Source of the DNA: Candidatus Woesearchaeota archaeon
GTDB lineage: Archaea > Nanobdellota > Nanobdellia > Woesearchaeales > UBA10216
Assembly: GCA_016180195.1 (NCBI GenBank)
Contig: JACPBS010000010.1
Location: 16,687-80,686, forward strand
Direction of reading: 5' to 3'
DNA: 64,000 nucleotides
The position numbers and the translations under genes are program-made. Within the stretch, counting starts at the first letter, position 1. Each line of letters begins with the position of its first letter. Positions 9,542 to 19,664 of the stretch are shown here, one piece after another. The notes under the pieces were generated by a model. That model was not told where the DNA came from. It ran no database searches and saw nothing but the letters and a program-made list of their open reading frames with translations.

Positions 9542-9844
9542 CTATGATGAGCTTATTTTTTCCTGAAGATAAGAAATTCGGGCTTGGGCAGTTTCTCTTA
9601 TTGTTCGGCTTCCTATTTCTCCATTCTCAAGCCAGTACGCTGCCTCAGCAACCCATTCCGCAGCCATATCAGTGTTTCCGTTGAAAAGATGAGTTTCTGC
9701 AATACCAAGTACAACCCTAAATCCGTTGCTGTAGATTTGATGGCCGTAATGGGCTATGTCTGATGCGATTTCCTCAGCGTGCCTCTCTAATGTGTATTTC
9801 CCTTCTCCTTCATGCATTTGTCTTGCTTCGAAAAGTTCTATCAC
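9542..9844 (-). CDS. Hypothetical small protein, paralogue of 9025-9354
   Basis: See the paralogue. Tandem arrangement on the same strand. Confidence 0.35.
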   Translation of the reverse strand: MIELFEARQMHEGEGKYTLERHAEEIASDIAHYGHQIYSNGFRVVLGIAETHLFNGNTDMAAEWVAEAAYWLENGEIGSRTIRETAQARISYLQEKISSS

Positions 9845-9972
9845 AGCCAGTCTCCTATGTCCGCCGTTGACGTACCATTGGACCTTATCAAGAATCCTTT
9901 CAATTTCCCTGTATTTCGGGTCTGAATTATCTTCAGCAACCAGTTGGTCTAATCGCCTTCTTTTTATTCAGA

Positions 9973-10572
9973 TCACCTGCTTGCGTCAGCTTGCCTTTCG
10001 ATTTCCAGCTTTCTGGCAATCGCGTTTGAAGCTGTGGTTTTCTGGTATGCCGCAAGTATCTCTTCAGAAAGGGTTTCTACAATTCCTTTTTTCGTGTTGA
10101 ATTTCTTTCCGTATGCGCCCTGTATCATGTGCTTTATCGCGAAATCAATCCTTCTTTGGGGTGAGCAGTCAACTGCTTTCGGGTACCTTGCTCCTCCGTA
10201 CTCAATCGAGATTATTTCCTCCCTTGGTGCGGCGTTCTCTACAGCCTCTACAAACACCTTGACAGGGTTTGTCTTTGTCTTCTGTTCGATTACCTCGAAA
10301 GATTCCTGGACTATGTCGAAAACCCGGTTGGCCTTGCCTGTGTTTGTGTAGGAGGTGTACTTGTGTTTCTTTCCCTTGTGGCCTGATACCATGAGCTTGT
10401 TCATGAGCCTTTCGACTATAAATATCTTTGACTTGTAGAACTTCTGCTTGGCATATCTTGCCCCGGTCCTTGGCACTATTGGCCCCTTCACGGTTATGTA
10501 GTTTACAAGGCCTGTGTCATTTACCTTTATGCCGTCAACACTCCACTTGCCGAATGTCTTTATCTCAGCCAT
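9973..10572 (-). CDS. rps7: 30S ribosomal protein S7 (uS7)
   Basis: The region from the internal Met (MAEIKTFGKW...) matches archaeal S7/eukaryotic S5. The longer ORF upstream is non-homologous extension. Confidence 0.85.
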   Translation of the reverse strand: MAEIKTFGKWSVDGIKVNDTGLVNYITVKGPIVPRTGARYAKQKFYKSKIFIVERLMNKLMVSGHKGKKHKYTSYTNTGKANRVFDIVQESFEVIEQKTKTNPVKVFVEAVENAAPREEIISIEYGGARYPKAVDCSPQRRIDFAIKHMIQGAYGKKFNTKKGIVETLSEEILAAYQKTTASNAIARKLEIERQADASR

Positions 10573-10773
10573 GGTGTAGCGGAAAAAGAGGAGGTATTTA
10601 AAAGTTATGAAAACTTGGGCTGTTAAGTCTGTTGGATGAATATTCAAAAAAAAAATTAGAATACTTTTAGGATTCTAAGAATAATAACAAAGATCATGGC
10701 AATTGATAAAACAACTATTATGTTAAAGTTTTTCTTCAATATATCAGTTAGAACTTCCCTGATGGTGGGCATT

Positions 10774-10986
10774 TTATTTCCCTATAAGTTCGACTTTAGC
10801 TTTGTATTCTTTGGTTACAATTAGCCTGTCATTCTTAGCTTCGCTGTTAGTTCGTCGCCTGTTTCCCAGCCCACGTTTTTCCAGTAAACCTTCGTATTTC
10901 ATCCGGGTCCTCTGAACATGTGATCTCTTCATCCATTGGTTGCCCTTTTGAATTTGGAATCTTATGAGTTTAGGCTGAAACAGCAA
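10774..10986 (-). CDS. Hypothetical basic 70-aa ORF between EF-2 and S7
   Basis: ORF only. Lys/Arg-rich. Not recognisably S12, which would be expected in this position. Confidence 0.2.
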   Translation of the reverse strand: MLFQPKLIRFQIQKGNQWMKRSHVQRTRMKYEGLLEKRGLGNRRRTNSEAKNDRLIVTKEYKAKVELIGK

Positions 10987-13165
10987 CCCCGTCCACTTCC
11001 TTGAGGCCTTTTCTTTGCCTGATTGCCTGGATGACTTTCTGCTGGAGCTCGTATGGGAGCTTCTCGAAAAGCTGGTCTATTACGTAGAAGTTTCCTCTTC
11101 CCTCTGTTGAGCTCCTTAAGTCTGAGGTCATTCCGAACATCTCAGCAACTGGCAGTTTTGCCTTTACTGATATGTGCTCGCCTTCCTGTTGCATGTCTAT
11201 CAGCTGGCCTCTCCTGTTCTGAATGAGCTTTGATATGTCTCCCATGTAGTCCATTGGGGCTTCTATCTGCAATACCTGTACAGGCTCGTAGAGGACTGGT
11301 GCTGAGTTGAGCATTGAGAGCCTTATCGAGTCCCTGACTGCTGGCAGTACCTGTGCCGGCCCCCTGTGGATTGCGTCTTCGTGCAGCTTGGTGTCCATGA
11401 GCAACACCTTTATCTTGGTGCATGGTTCCCTTCCAAGCGGCCCGAAATTCATTACGTCCTCGAATGCATCCATTACCATCTCTATGACTTCCCCTATGTG
11501 GACTATTCCTCTTGTCATGTCAATGAGGATGTTTCCGTTGAATATGTCCTTGACGCGCCTTGATACCTTGCTCTCCATTCCTGCTTCCTCGAATGCTGAC
11601 CATAGGGCTTCGTCCTTTCTCTTGACCCTCATTTCCCCTATCTTCCCTTCTTTGATTGCAAAGTATATTGGATCTTCAAGAGGCTCTACCTTGAAGTAGA
11701 ACTTGTTGTGCTTGTTCGGGCTTTTCCCCTCTACTTCAGGCCCTGGCTTTGATATTGTTTCCCTGTATACGACTATCGGCTCGGAGGTTTGAACGTCAAC
11801 ACCTTTCTCTGTCTTTATCCTGTTTTCGATGACTTCAAGGTGGAGTTCTCCCATTCCGCTCATTAGGTGCTCTCCGGTTTCCTCGTTGATCTCGATCTTT
11901 ATGGTTGGGTCTTCCTTGCTTACCTGCCTGAGAACATCGACCAGTTTTGGAAGGTCTGATGGCTTCTTTGCCTCTATTGCCTTTGTTACCACTGGCTCAA
12001 AAATGTGCTTTATTGCCTCAAAAGGCTCGAAGTCAGGCTGGTCAGATACTGTTTCTCCTGAAAAGACTCCTTTGAGTCCGACAATGCCTATGACGTTGCC
12101 TGCGCTTACCTTTTCCACAGTCTCTCTTTTCGGCCCGTTGTAGATTGAAAGCTGCTGGACCCTTACCTGTTTCTTGCCCATGATCATGTAGATGTCCTGT
12201 CCTTGTCGTACTGTTCCTGAGAAAAGCCTTCCTGCAGCAACCTCGCCTGCGTGCTTGTCCCAGACTATTTTTGTGCATACAAACGCAACAGGCCCGTTTG
12301 GGTCGCAGTTGATCAGCGACTTTCCTGCTTCGGTTTCCGGGTCACCGTGCCAGATCTTCGGTATCCTGTATTTCTGGGCTTCAAGCGGGTTAGGATGGTG
12401 CTTAACCACCATTCCGAGAACAACCTTGTGGAGAGGGGCTTTTTTTGCCAGTTCCTTTATTTTGGTGTCATCGCCTGATTCGTATGCCTCTATCACATCC
12501 TTGAATGTGATCCCTGTCTTCTGCATGTAGGGGATGTTTAGCGCCCATTTATGATAAGCGCTTCCAAAAGAGACTGAGCCAAGGTTTACGTTGGCCTGCC
12601 ATTTTTCCTTGAATTCCTTTTCAGCGATCTGGGCTATCAGCTTATTGACATCATTGATGACCTTGATGAATCTTTCCTGCATCTTGTCAGGGGTAAGCTT
12701 GAGTTCCTTTATCAGCCTGTCTGCCTTGTTGATGAACAGTACTGGCCTGACTCGTTCCTTGAGTGCCTGCCTTAGGACTGTTTCTGTTTGCGGCATGATT
12801 CCTTCAACACAGTCCACTAGCAGAATTGATCCGTCGATCGCGCGCATTGCCCTTGTCACGTCTCCGCCAAAATCAACGTGTCCCGGGGTGTCGATCAGGT
12901 TGATCAGGAATTCCTCACCCTCGAACTCATATACCATTGACACGTTTGCAGCGTCTATCGTGATGCCTCTCTGTTGCTCGTCCTCGTGGAAATCAAGAGC
13001 CAGCTGCCTGCCAGCGAGCTCTTCGCTTATCATTCCTGCTCCTGCAAGGAGATTGTCTGAGAATGTGGTTTTTCCGTGATCAATATGTGCGCTGGTGCAT
13101 ATGTTCCTGATGTGAGTGGGCTTTTCCATAAGCCTCAATACCTTATCAACCATCTTTTCAGCCAT
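10970..13165 (-). CDS. fusA: Elongation factor 2 (aEF-2)
   Basis: GTPase G1-G4 motifs (AHIDHGKTT, DTPGH, NKAD) and domains II-V. Diphthamide-site motif HEDAIHRGPAQ. Confidence 0.95.
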   Translation of the reverse strand: MAEKMVDKVLRLMEKPTHIRNICTSAHIDHGKTTFSDNLLAGAGMISEELAGRQLALDFHEDEQQRGITIDAANVSMVYEFEGEEFLINLIDTPGHVDFGGDVTRAMRAIDGSILLVDCVEGIMPQTETVLRQALKERVRPVLFINKADRLIKELKLTPDKMQERFIKVINDVNKLIAQIAEKEFKEKWQANVNLGSVSFGSAYHKWALNIPYMQKTGITFKDVIEAYESGDDTKIKELAKKAPLHKVVLGMVVKHHPNPLEAQKYRIPKIWHGDPETEAGKSLINCDPNGPVAFVCTKIVWDKHAGEVAAGRLFSGTVRQGQDIYMIMGKKQVRVQQLSIYNGPKRETVEKVSAGNVIGIVGLKGVFSGETVSDQPDFEPFEAIKHIFEPVVTKAIEAKKPSDLPKLVDVLRQVSKEDPTIKIEINEETGEHLMSGMGELHLEVIENRIKTEKGVDVQTSEPIVVYRETISKPGPEVEGKSPNKHNKFYFKVEPLEDPIYFAIKEGKIGEMRVKRKDEALWSAFEEAGMESKVSRRVKDIFNGNILIDMTRGIVHIGEVIEMVMDAFEDVMNFGPLGREPCTKIKVLLMDTKLHEDAIHRGPAQVLPAVRDSIRLSMLNSAPVLYEPVQVLQIEAPMDYMGDISKLIQNRRGQLIDMQQEGEHISVKAKLPVAEMFGMTSDLRSSTEGRGNFYVIDQLFEKLPYELQQKVIQAIRQRKGLKEVDGVAVSA

Positions 13166-13816
13166 TTATTTCACCTTGGATAATGCGTCTTCGCATTGTT
13201 TTGTTATTCTATCAATGTCCTCCATTTCGTAGTTGGAGTCAATCTCAAAGTATGATTTGCGCTTGTTGTAAAATTCTATGAGCGGCTTTGTCTGGTTTTC
13301 GTAGACATCAAGCCTGTTGGCGATGACCGATTCGTCATCATCCTTTCTTTTAATAAGCTTTCCCTTGCATGAGTCGCATATCCCTTCTTTTTTCGGCTGG
13401 CTGTATCTTATATGGTAGATAGCGCCGCATCCAGTGCAGACCCTTCTGCCTGAAAGCCGCTTTATGATTGTTTTCCTGTCCGCATTCAGGTTCAGGATTG
13501 CGTCAGGCTTTGAAAATTTGTCCATTGCATTTGCCTGCTCAACAGTCCTGGGGTAGCCGTCAAGGAAGAATCCTTTTGATGCGTCTTCCTGCAATAGCCT
13601 TTTCCTTACCACCTGGTTTACCAGCTCGTCCGGGACAAGATTGCCTGATTCGACTATTGACTTTACTCGTAGCCCTAGCTCATCGCCTTTCCGGATGGCG
13701 CCTTTGAAGATATCTCCTGTTGATATGTGGGGCAGTCCGTATTTTTTTGAAAGCAGTGATGCAATTGTTCCTTTGCCAACACCGGGAGCGCCAAGAAGGA
13801 CAATTCTCATTTTCAA
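13166..13816 (-). CDS. adk: Adenylate kinase, long form with zinc-ribbon LID
   Basis: P-loop GAPGVGKGT. LID domain CTGCG...CDSC. Confidence 0.9.
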   Translation of the reverse strand: MKMRIVLLGAPGVGKGTIASLLSKKYGLPHISTGDIFKGAIRKGDELGLRVKSIVESGNLVPDELVNQVVRKRLLQEDASKGFFLDGYPRTVEQANAMDKFSKPDAILNLNADRKTIIKRLSGRRVCTGCGAIYHIRYSQPKKEGICDSCKGKLIKRKDDDESVIANRLDVYENQTKPLIEFYNKRKSYFEIDSNYEMEDIDRITKQCEDALSKVK

Positions 13817-14304
13817 AGGACAAGCTGCTCATGGACAGTCTTGTAGGTGTGAAGCTCTTTCTTGTCAAACCATAGGTTGATCTCGTGTTCACTGTCTTCC
13901 TTGTCAGAAGATGCATGGATAACATTTTTTACCGGGGATTTTCTGCTATCAGCATGTTCGTAGCTTACATGGCTGAAATCCCCTCTTATTGTGCCCGGAA
14001 GTGCTGCTTTTGGTTCAGTTGATCCTGTTAGCTTCCTGACGTTTTCTATTGCGTTGGCGCCTTCAAGCACGATTGCAACTACAGGCCCTGAGCTGATGAA
14101 TTCAACCATCTGCTGCCTCACGTGGTCTCCCCTTCTTTTCGCAAGATCTTCGGTGTAATGCCTGAGTGCAAATGATTTGTCTGCCCATTGCATCTTCATG
14201 CCCACTATTTTCAGCCCTGCATCCTCGAATTTTGATACGATCCTGCCAATCAGGCATCGCTGGACGCCGTCGGGCTTTATGAGAACCAATGTCCTTTCAA
14301 TCAT
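13813..14304 (-). CDS. ndk: Nucleoside diphosphate kinase
   Basis: LIKPDGV, NVIHASS(D) active-site His motif. About 160 aa. Confidence 0.9.
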   Translation of the reverse strand: MIERTLVLIKPDGVQRCLIGRIVSKFEDAGLKIVGMKMQWADKSFALRHYTEDLAKRRGDHVRQQMVEFISSGPVVAIVLEGANAIENVRKLTGSTEPKAALPGTIRGDFSHVSYEHADSRKSPVKNVIHASSDKEDSEHEINLWFDKKELHTYKTVHEQLVL

Positions 14305-14477
14305 TCTTCATCAGCCTTCTCGATTTCCTGGAATTTTCCGAATGTTGATTTCCTTCCGAGCTTGACCAGGCTTTTCTCGCACTTGCTGGAGCAGAAATAA
14401 AAAATCTTTCCGGTCTTTCGGACATACATCTTGCCTGTTCCCTTTTCCATTTCCTCGCCGCAAAAGCTGCATCTCAT
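14301..14477 (-). CDS. rpl24e: 50S ribosomal protein L24e
   Basis: A 58-aa ORF not in the supplied track: [43 protein letters not shown]. This is the typical L24e zinc-ribbon. ATGA overlaps with both neighbours. Confidence 0.75.
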   Translation of the reverse strand: MRCSFCGEEMEKGTGKMYVRKTGKIFYFCSSKCEKSLVKLGRKSTFGKFQEIEKADEE

Positions 14478-14773
14478 TTTCTGCCCTGTGTGAGCTTCCT
14501 TGCCTCGATCTCTGTCTCGCGAAGCATCAGTAAGTCACCGACCCTTACCGGGCCCTTGACATTCCTTCTTAATACCTTGTTGGCATCTTTTCCCTCAAGG
14601 ACCTTGCACCTTACCTGTATTGCCTCTCCCCTGACTCCGGTTCTTCCCATGATTTCCTCAACCCGGGCAGGTGTTGCGATTGAGAATGTTACCTGGCCTG
14701 CTGCAGGCTTTTTTTCTTCCTGGGCGCCCTGTTCGCGCTTCTCAGGCTTCTGCTGCATCTTTTTCTCAACCAT
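14474..14773 (-). CDS. rps28e: 30S ribosomal protein S28e
   Basis: The S28e core is [31 protein letters not shown]...[24 protein letters not shown]. Confidence 0.85.
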   Translation of the reverse strand: MVEKKMQQKPEKREQGAQEEKKPAAGQVTFSIATPARVEEIMGRTGVRGEAIQVRCKVLEGKDANKVLRRNVKGPVRVGDLLMLRETEIEARKLTQGRK

Positions 14774-14774
14774 T

Positions 14775-15104
14775 TTAAGCTTCCTTTATGATTTCCTTGA
14801 TTAGTTCTTTCGCATTGCCTTCCTGTATTATGGCCACGCTGCTGGTCCCGATCCCTAGCCCTGCTGCTGCACCAAGCTCTTCCTTGCTTTGTACCTCTAC
14901 AACAGGAATGCCTTTTTCCTTTGCGATTAGCGGGATGTGCATAACTATCTCTGGCGGGTTAGTATCCTTTGCAACAACAACAAGCTTCGCCACGCCTCGT
15001 TCAATGGCCTTCGTGACCTCGTTTGTGCCCTTTCTGAGCTTGCCTGTTGTCTTCGCTATCTCAATAGCCTCAAAAACCTTCTCAGCCAATTCCTTTGACG
15101 TCAT
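14775..15104 (-). CDS. rpl7ae: 50S ribosomal protein L7Ae (K-turn binding)
   Basis: From the internal Met ([11 protein letters not shown]...[32 protein letters not shown]) it matches L7Ae/L30e. The upstream part of the long ORF is non-homologous. Confidence 0.85.
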   Translation of the reverse strand: MTSKELAEKVFEAIEIAKTTGKLRKGTNEVTKAIERGVAKLVVVAKDTNPPEIVMHIPLIAKEKGIPVVEVQSKEELGAAAGLGIGTSSVAIIQEGNAKELIKEIIKEA

Positions 15105-15255
15105 TTTATCCTCCTGTGATTGAAATTGCCGAATACGCGTACCAGAAAACATCTTCGGGCAATCGCCGTCATCAGCATCGAAAAAGAATAAGGGGTTGTT
15201 TATAATGTTTATGGTTGGCGGAAGGTTTAAACAGAAGTTATTCTTTAGTATAATT

Positions 15256-15471
15256 ATGAAGGTCAAAGGGAAGATATTGAAATGGGGTAACAGCTGGGGA
15301 TTGAGGCTTGACAAGGCTGAAGCAATAAAAACAGGTTTGGCTCCTGATGATGAAGTTGAAGTTGATATTAGAAGAAAGCTGACATTGGTAAAAGATGTTT
15401 TCGGCACTTTGAAAAAGACAGTGGATACGCAAAAGGCCCTTGATGAGATTGACGAACTATTCGAGGATTGA
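15256..15471 (+). CDS. AbrB/MazE-type swapped-hairpin DNA-binding protein (orphan antitoxin-like)
   Basis: [38 protein letters not shown] is a classic MazE/AbrB N-terminal motif. No toxin partner is adjacent. Confidence 0.55.
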   Translation: MKVKGKILKWGNSWGLRLDKAEAIKTGLAPDDEVEVDIRRKLTLVKDVFGTLKKTVDTQKALDEIDELFED

Positions 15472-15720
15472 ATGTATTTTTTCGATACTCACGGTAGAAG
15501 TGTTTCTTGGAAATCCGCAATATGAAAAATATTCCGATTATCCGCTTACTGTAACATTGCTTAATATTGGAGACTTTTATATTTATTAGAACTGTGGGTA
15601 AAGAAGCGGCCGACAAAAGAATTGCTGAAATAGCTTTTAATGCTTTAGAATTTGACAAAAAAAACAATGATCGAAGATTCGAAATTCGTGGATTTATCAA
15701 ACGTTGAATTTGTTAGGTAG

Positions 15721-16044
15721 CTATCCGAAACCTAAATCCAATGGCTTGCCGCTCTTCAGGTCGTCAAATATGTCATGTATGTCAATGACAAGTCCAAGGC
15801 CGACTCCAAGCATCATAAGGGTTTGTCCTGCATCAAGGATGGTCAGGCCCAGGAAGAAAACGAGTGTCATTGTAAAAAGCCTTATTAGGTCATCTATTGC
15901 AAACAGCAACTTGAATATCCCTGTTCCCCTTCTGAAGATAAGGCTTCCTATTCCGATAACCATCTTGGCTTTGTAATGGTGTGCGAATATAATAATTTTG
16001 TCAAAAGCCCGGAAAAAGATTGCTATTGACAAGTAACGAAACAT
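15721..16044 (-). CDS. Hypothetical small membrane protein
   Basis: ORF with two to three hydrophobic helices. A competing plus-strand ORF looks less protein-like. Confidence 0.25.
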   Translation of the reverse strand: MFRYLSIAIFFRAFDKIIIFAHHYKAKMVIGIGSLIFRRGTGIFKLLFAIDDLIRLFTMTLVFFLGLTILDAGQTLMMLGVGLGLVIDIHDIFDDLKSGKPLDLGFG

Positions 16045-16074
16045 TTAAAAAAGAAGGGCGATTCCAGTAAAACT

Positions 16075-16716
16075 ATGGAAGATGTTGGCGGGTTGGAGCC
16101 CCAGAGCAATGGCATTGCTTATATGTTGGTAAGTGTTCCTCTTTCAGGGTATCAGGAACTTTTTAAAAAAATAACAAACACCTCAGTCAACAGAGGGGCT
16201 TCTGGAGAGCCTGATTATATTCCTTTTCTTCGCAAAGAATATAAAATTCCTCTTATTAGCCGACACCCGATTCCGAATAAAGTTTTCGACGAACAGGAAC
16301 TTGCAAGCTCGGGATATATTAACATTGAACCTGATGCAGAAGCTGCGAAAGCAAGAAATCTGTCGCTTGGGATTGGGCGCGTAATGGCTGTTTTATGTCG
16401 CGAATCTACGCCTAGGGGAGAAACAGTATATTCAGTTCGCGAAGGTTATATGCCTGGTAAAAGCCCTGCAAGGGAGATTGGGACAATGATTTCATTGGAT
16501 GACTGGCCTTTCAGCCTGGATGAGGTTGTTGAAAGGGCTTTAGGTCTGGAAACGCGCTCAGATGGCTGCCCTGTTGTGATCATAACGAGCCCGCGGCCTG
16601 AATTGGGCTCGGGTGTGCTTTACCCTCCGAATGCTTTTGGGGGAAGTGTTAAGCTGGCCGTACTAAATGGTAGTTCTTTAATGGGGTTTCCTTATAAGAT
16701 TAATGATGCTTTTTAG
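16075..16716 (+). CDS. Hypothetical protein
   Basis: 213-aa ORF with typical composition. No family recognised. Confidence 0.4.
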   Translation: MEDVGGLEPQSNGIAYMLVSVPLSGYQELFKKITNTSVNRGASGEPDYIPFLRKEYKIPLISRHPIPNKVFDEQELASSGYINIEPDAEAAKARNLSLGIGRVMAVLCRESTPRGETVYSVREGYMPGKSPAREIGTMISLDDWPFSLDEVVERALGLETRSDGCPVVIITSPRPELGSGVLYPPNAFGGSVKLAVLNGSSLMGFPYKINDAF

Positions 16717-16745
16717 CCTGGTCTGATACCCGCCGCTTGGGATTT

Positions 16746-18512
16746 TCATTTTACAAGAACAACGATGCTTCCTGACCCTGATTTTAGAGGGGTCATTGCA
16801 ACGCCTATGAGGTTTAGTGAATTGATCTTTTCCGGGTATCCCTTCATTCCCATCCCCTTTCTTGAACCTGCAACTACAGGATCCCCTATTCTGATCTCCC
16901 CGTTCTCATCGCTTACCTTTACAACTACCCTGCCTGCGACAGCTACGGGCGTGTCTCCGTCGGCTGAAAGCATTATTGCTGTGGAATTTGAGACAACTCC
17001 GAGGATCGGGGATTGGTAGGGCTTGGAGGCCAATGCTCCGTTTCCATCATTGCCTATTACAAGTACATCTCCGGGGTTTGCCTTTTCAGTCATGAATCCT
17101 TCGGCTATGTCAGCATAGCTTCCGCCTGGGGTGTAGAGGATTCCATCGTTGTCAAAGCGCCATCGGTTATAATCAGGGTTGCCTGGAGTTGATTTCTGCA
17201 CGACCAGCGCAATATCAGCATCCCTGCCACCCCTGCTTATGAGGTAGGTTGTTCCAATTCCGGTTCCAAATGCACCCACTGCGTTCTCAATGGTAAATAG
17301 TGTTGCATCATCGTCAAAAGTCCCGTTTGCCTTTCCAAGATATATGCCGTTTTTTGATGCTGAGTAAATGGGGATTGCGACTTTTCCGTTAAAATAACCT
17401 GCAAATTTGCTGCCTTCTCCATAAACTCCAACCGCACCCGCAGTTGGGTGTATGTATCCTAAACGGCCAAGCCCCTGCTGGATTCCGTCGTTAACCCAGC
17501 CTCTTGTGCCTGTTCCCAGTGTTGAAGAGCCATCTACGCCTATTCCTGTTGTGGCTGTGCCCGATACCCCTGAGCTAGCCGTCGCACTTCCAGAAACACC
17601 GATCGAAGTTGCGGTTAAAGCCTGTCCCCAGACTCCAATTGCTGAGTCGCCTGTCGCAACGCCCTCAACGCCCCTTCCAAAATCCCCTGATGACCAGCCA
17701 TGGACACCTGCACTGGAAAAGCCTGTGTTGGTCCCATTTACAGCAGGCTCATAGACCCCTGAATAAATAACATTAAGCCTTCCCCTGGGAGTGCCTGTCC
17801 CAAGCCCTATCTTTCCAAGGTATTGGTAAAGCTCTGAACTGCTTATTGCGCTAGGTCCTAGAAATACAGCTATCCTGTCAGCATTTCCGCTTCCGGTTAT
17901 GCCTGATGGCCAGCCTGTCCTGCAATCCCCGTTAAGGCAGAGCCCAACACTCCCCGTAGGCCCACCAGCCTCCCTATAATTTGCATCGATAATCACATTA
18001 GATCCTCCAGGAGGAGAAAGGTGAATGTTGTTGTTGGCAGACCAGATTCTTCCGTTTATTATCGAGGTGCCCCAGCCCTTTGATTCGCCCTCGATCCTTA
18101 TCATGTTTGTGACGCTTACATTCCCGTCAAAGTACCCTGAAACGCCTGTGGTTGAAGCTCCATACACGCCATAGCCTGAGCCTGAGACGCCTACAGCTCC
18201 TATTCCTTGGGTAGAGCTGCCGACAACACCGTTGCCTGTTGTTGCTTCGCCAAGTACCCCGTAACCTGAGGAATTTGTACTTCTTCCATAAACTCCTCTG
18301 CCGCTTGGTTGATTATTCTCACCCCTTACAGAAACCGCGCCGCTTCCTGAAAATAAACTTCCAGACCAACCCGGGGAACCTACCCTATATTCGGTTGTTT
18401 CTCTGAAAACGCCTCCCTGAACTTCTGCTGCAGTGTGGGTTCCCCCGCCAGCAAAAACTAATCCTATTGATAAACAAAGCATAACAGAAACTAGCAAGCA
18501 CCTCTTTAACAT
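16746..18512 (-). CDS. Secreted Gly/Ser/Thr-rich repeat protein
   Basis: Signal peptide (LLVSVMLCLSIGLVFA). Dozens of short GxGV(Y/L)G-type repeats. Globular C-terminus. Confidence 0.55.
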   Translation of the reverse strand: MLKRCLLVSVMLCLSIGLVFAGGGTHTAAEVQGGVFRETTEYRVGSPGWSGSLFSGSGAVSVRGENNQPSGRGVYGRSTNSSGYGVLGEATTGNGVVGSSTQGIGAVGVSGSGYGVYGASTTGVSGYFDGNVSVTNMIRIEGESKGWGTSIINGRIWSANNNIHLSPPGGSNVIIDANYREAGGPTGSVGLCLNGDCRTGWPSGITGSGNADRIAVFLGPSAISSSELYQYLGKIGLGTGTPRGRLNVIYSGVYEPAVNGTNTGFSSAGVHGWSSGDFGRGVEGVATGDSAIGVWGQALTATSIGVSGSATASSGVSGTATTGIGVDGSSTLGTGTRGWVNDGIQQGLGRLGYIHPTAGAVGVYGEGSKFAGYFNGKVAIPIYSASKNGIYLGKANGTFDDDATLFTIENAVGAFGTGIGTTYLISRGGRDADIALVVQKSTPGNPDYNRWRFDNDGILYTPGGSYADIAEGFMTEKANPGDVLVIGNDGNGALASKPYQSPILGVVSNSTAIMLSADGDTPVAVAGRVVVKVSDENGEIRIGDPVVAGSRKGMGMKGYPEKINSLNLIGVAMTPLKSGSGSIVVLVK

Positions 18513-18544
18513 GTTGCTTTTTTTAACACTTATATATTTAAATT

Positions 18545-19471
18545 TTACCTATTGCACTGGATATCAAACCTTGTGGGATTTGGAACAGCGGTCCTGAAAT
18601 AGTCGTATATTGTCCCATCAGAATGAAGATAGAAATAGTCGTATATTGTCCCATCAGAATGAAGATAGTATTGGGCATCTATGTATTGTGTTATTGAATT
18701 TGTACTAGGATCATAAAGTCCTATTTTTAGAATTGCTCCGTTTTTTCCTTCTAATCCAACTATCAATCTTCCCAAATCCCAGAAAGGCTTTGCAGTTTGG
18801 GAAGCATCCGTAGTTAAGCCTCCTTCACTCACCAAGTTCTTTCCTGCGGTTAATTCTCCTGCAAGTCGAGGTGTTTGTGGGTTTTGTATTCCGAAATCAA
18901 ATAATATAGTGGTGCTGTCTGTGAATAATGTAGATGGCGTAACCTTGACTACCCAGGCAGCAGCACTTGACGTTGTGATGTAATCATTAATGTTTCCTGT
19001 TGTGATGAAAACAGTTCCGTTCATTACCTTAACTTGGCCGTCAATTGCATCGGTGTATGTATCGCCGTAAACCATGATTGCTGTTGGGTTTGTTGAGTCG
19101 GCACAAACAAAGCTTGATTCAAGAAAAGCATAGTTCCTATTAGGAAGCGGTGTTGATGTAGGCGTCGCAGTAGCGGTTGGTGTATATGTTGGTATTGGTG
19201 TTGCTGTTGCGGTTCTTGTGCTTGTCGGGGTTGCTGTTGGGCTGGAATGCGGCGTTGGTGTGTCAAAATCCTTGCTTACAGAGGGGAGATATACTAAGAA
19301 CTGCTGTCCTGGCTTTTGAGTACTGTAACCCTTATTTGCGCTGTTGCTGTTCTGATAGGCCTCCACGCCTCCGTTTCCGGAAAGAGCAGCGATAACTGCA
19401 GCGGTAGCTAGGGTAGCTAAGGTAAGCCCTGCTCTCAGTTCAATTCGCCTTAATAAGTTGTCAAGCGTCAT
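18545..19471 (-). CDS. Secreted protein with a Thr/Pro-rich linker
   Basis: N-terminal anchor or signal, then a PTPTATPTSTRTATATP linker and a beta-rich domain. Contains an exact 12-aa tandem duplication (YLHSDGTIYDYF x2). Confidence 0.5.
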   Translation of the reverse strand: MTLDNLLRRIELRAGLTLATLATAAVIAALSGNGGVEAYQNSNSANKGYSTQKPGQQFLVYLPSVSKDFDTPTPHSSPTATPTSTRTATATPIPTYTPTATATPTSTPLPNRNYAFLESSFVCADSTNPTAIMVYGDTYTDAIDGQVKVMNGTVFITTGNINDYITTSSAAAWVVKVTPSTLFTDSTTILFDFGIQNPQTPRLAGELTAGKNLVSEGGLTTDASQTAKPFWDLGRLIVGLEGKNGAILKIGLYDPSTNSITQYIDAQYYLHSDGTIYDYFYLHSDGTIYDYFRTAVPNPTRFDIQCNR

Positions 19472-19664
19472 GTTTTCATCGGGAAAAAATTTGCGGGCTT
19501 ATATATTTTACCACTTTTTAATAACAATTAATGATTCAAAACAGGCCTTTTTACCATATTAATCTTGTGTTTATACGATATATATTTTATATAATATTTA
19601 TACATGAAAAGAAAAACTTTAAAAAGGACCTGCTTGACCGGAATCCGGCAAAGAGGTGAGCTGA

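Noticed and set aside
10648-10969. S12 gene expected between EF-2 and S7
   Set aside because: No frame gives the S12 PNSA or KxPNSA core. Only a dubious 70-aa basic ORF is present.
14775-15407. Long N-terminal extensions of L7Ae, S7, PadR, Rpe and others in the longest-ORF track
   Set aside because: The extensions are non-homologous, often overlap promoters, and the ORF caller accepts TTG and GTG. Internal Met starts with a TATA box about 25 nt upstream fit the families better.
16075-16716. Gly-rich C-terminal loop (GSVKLAVLNGSSLMGFPY) as a Cas6 signature
   Set aside because: No RAMP fold features upstream and no CRISPR repeats anywhere in the window.
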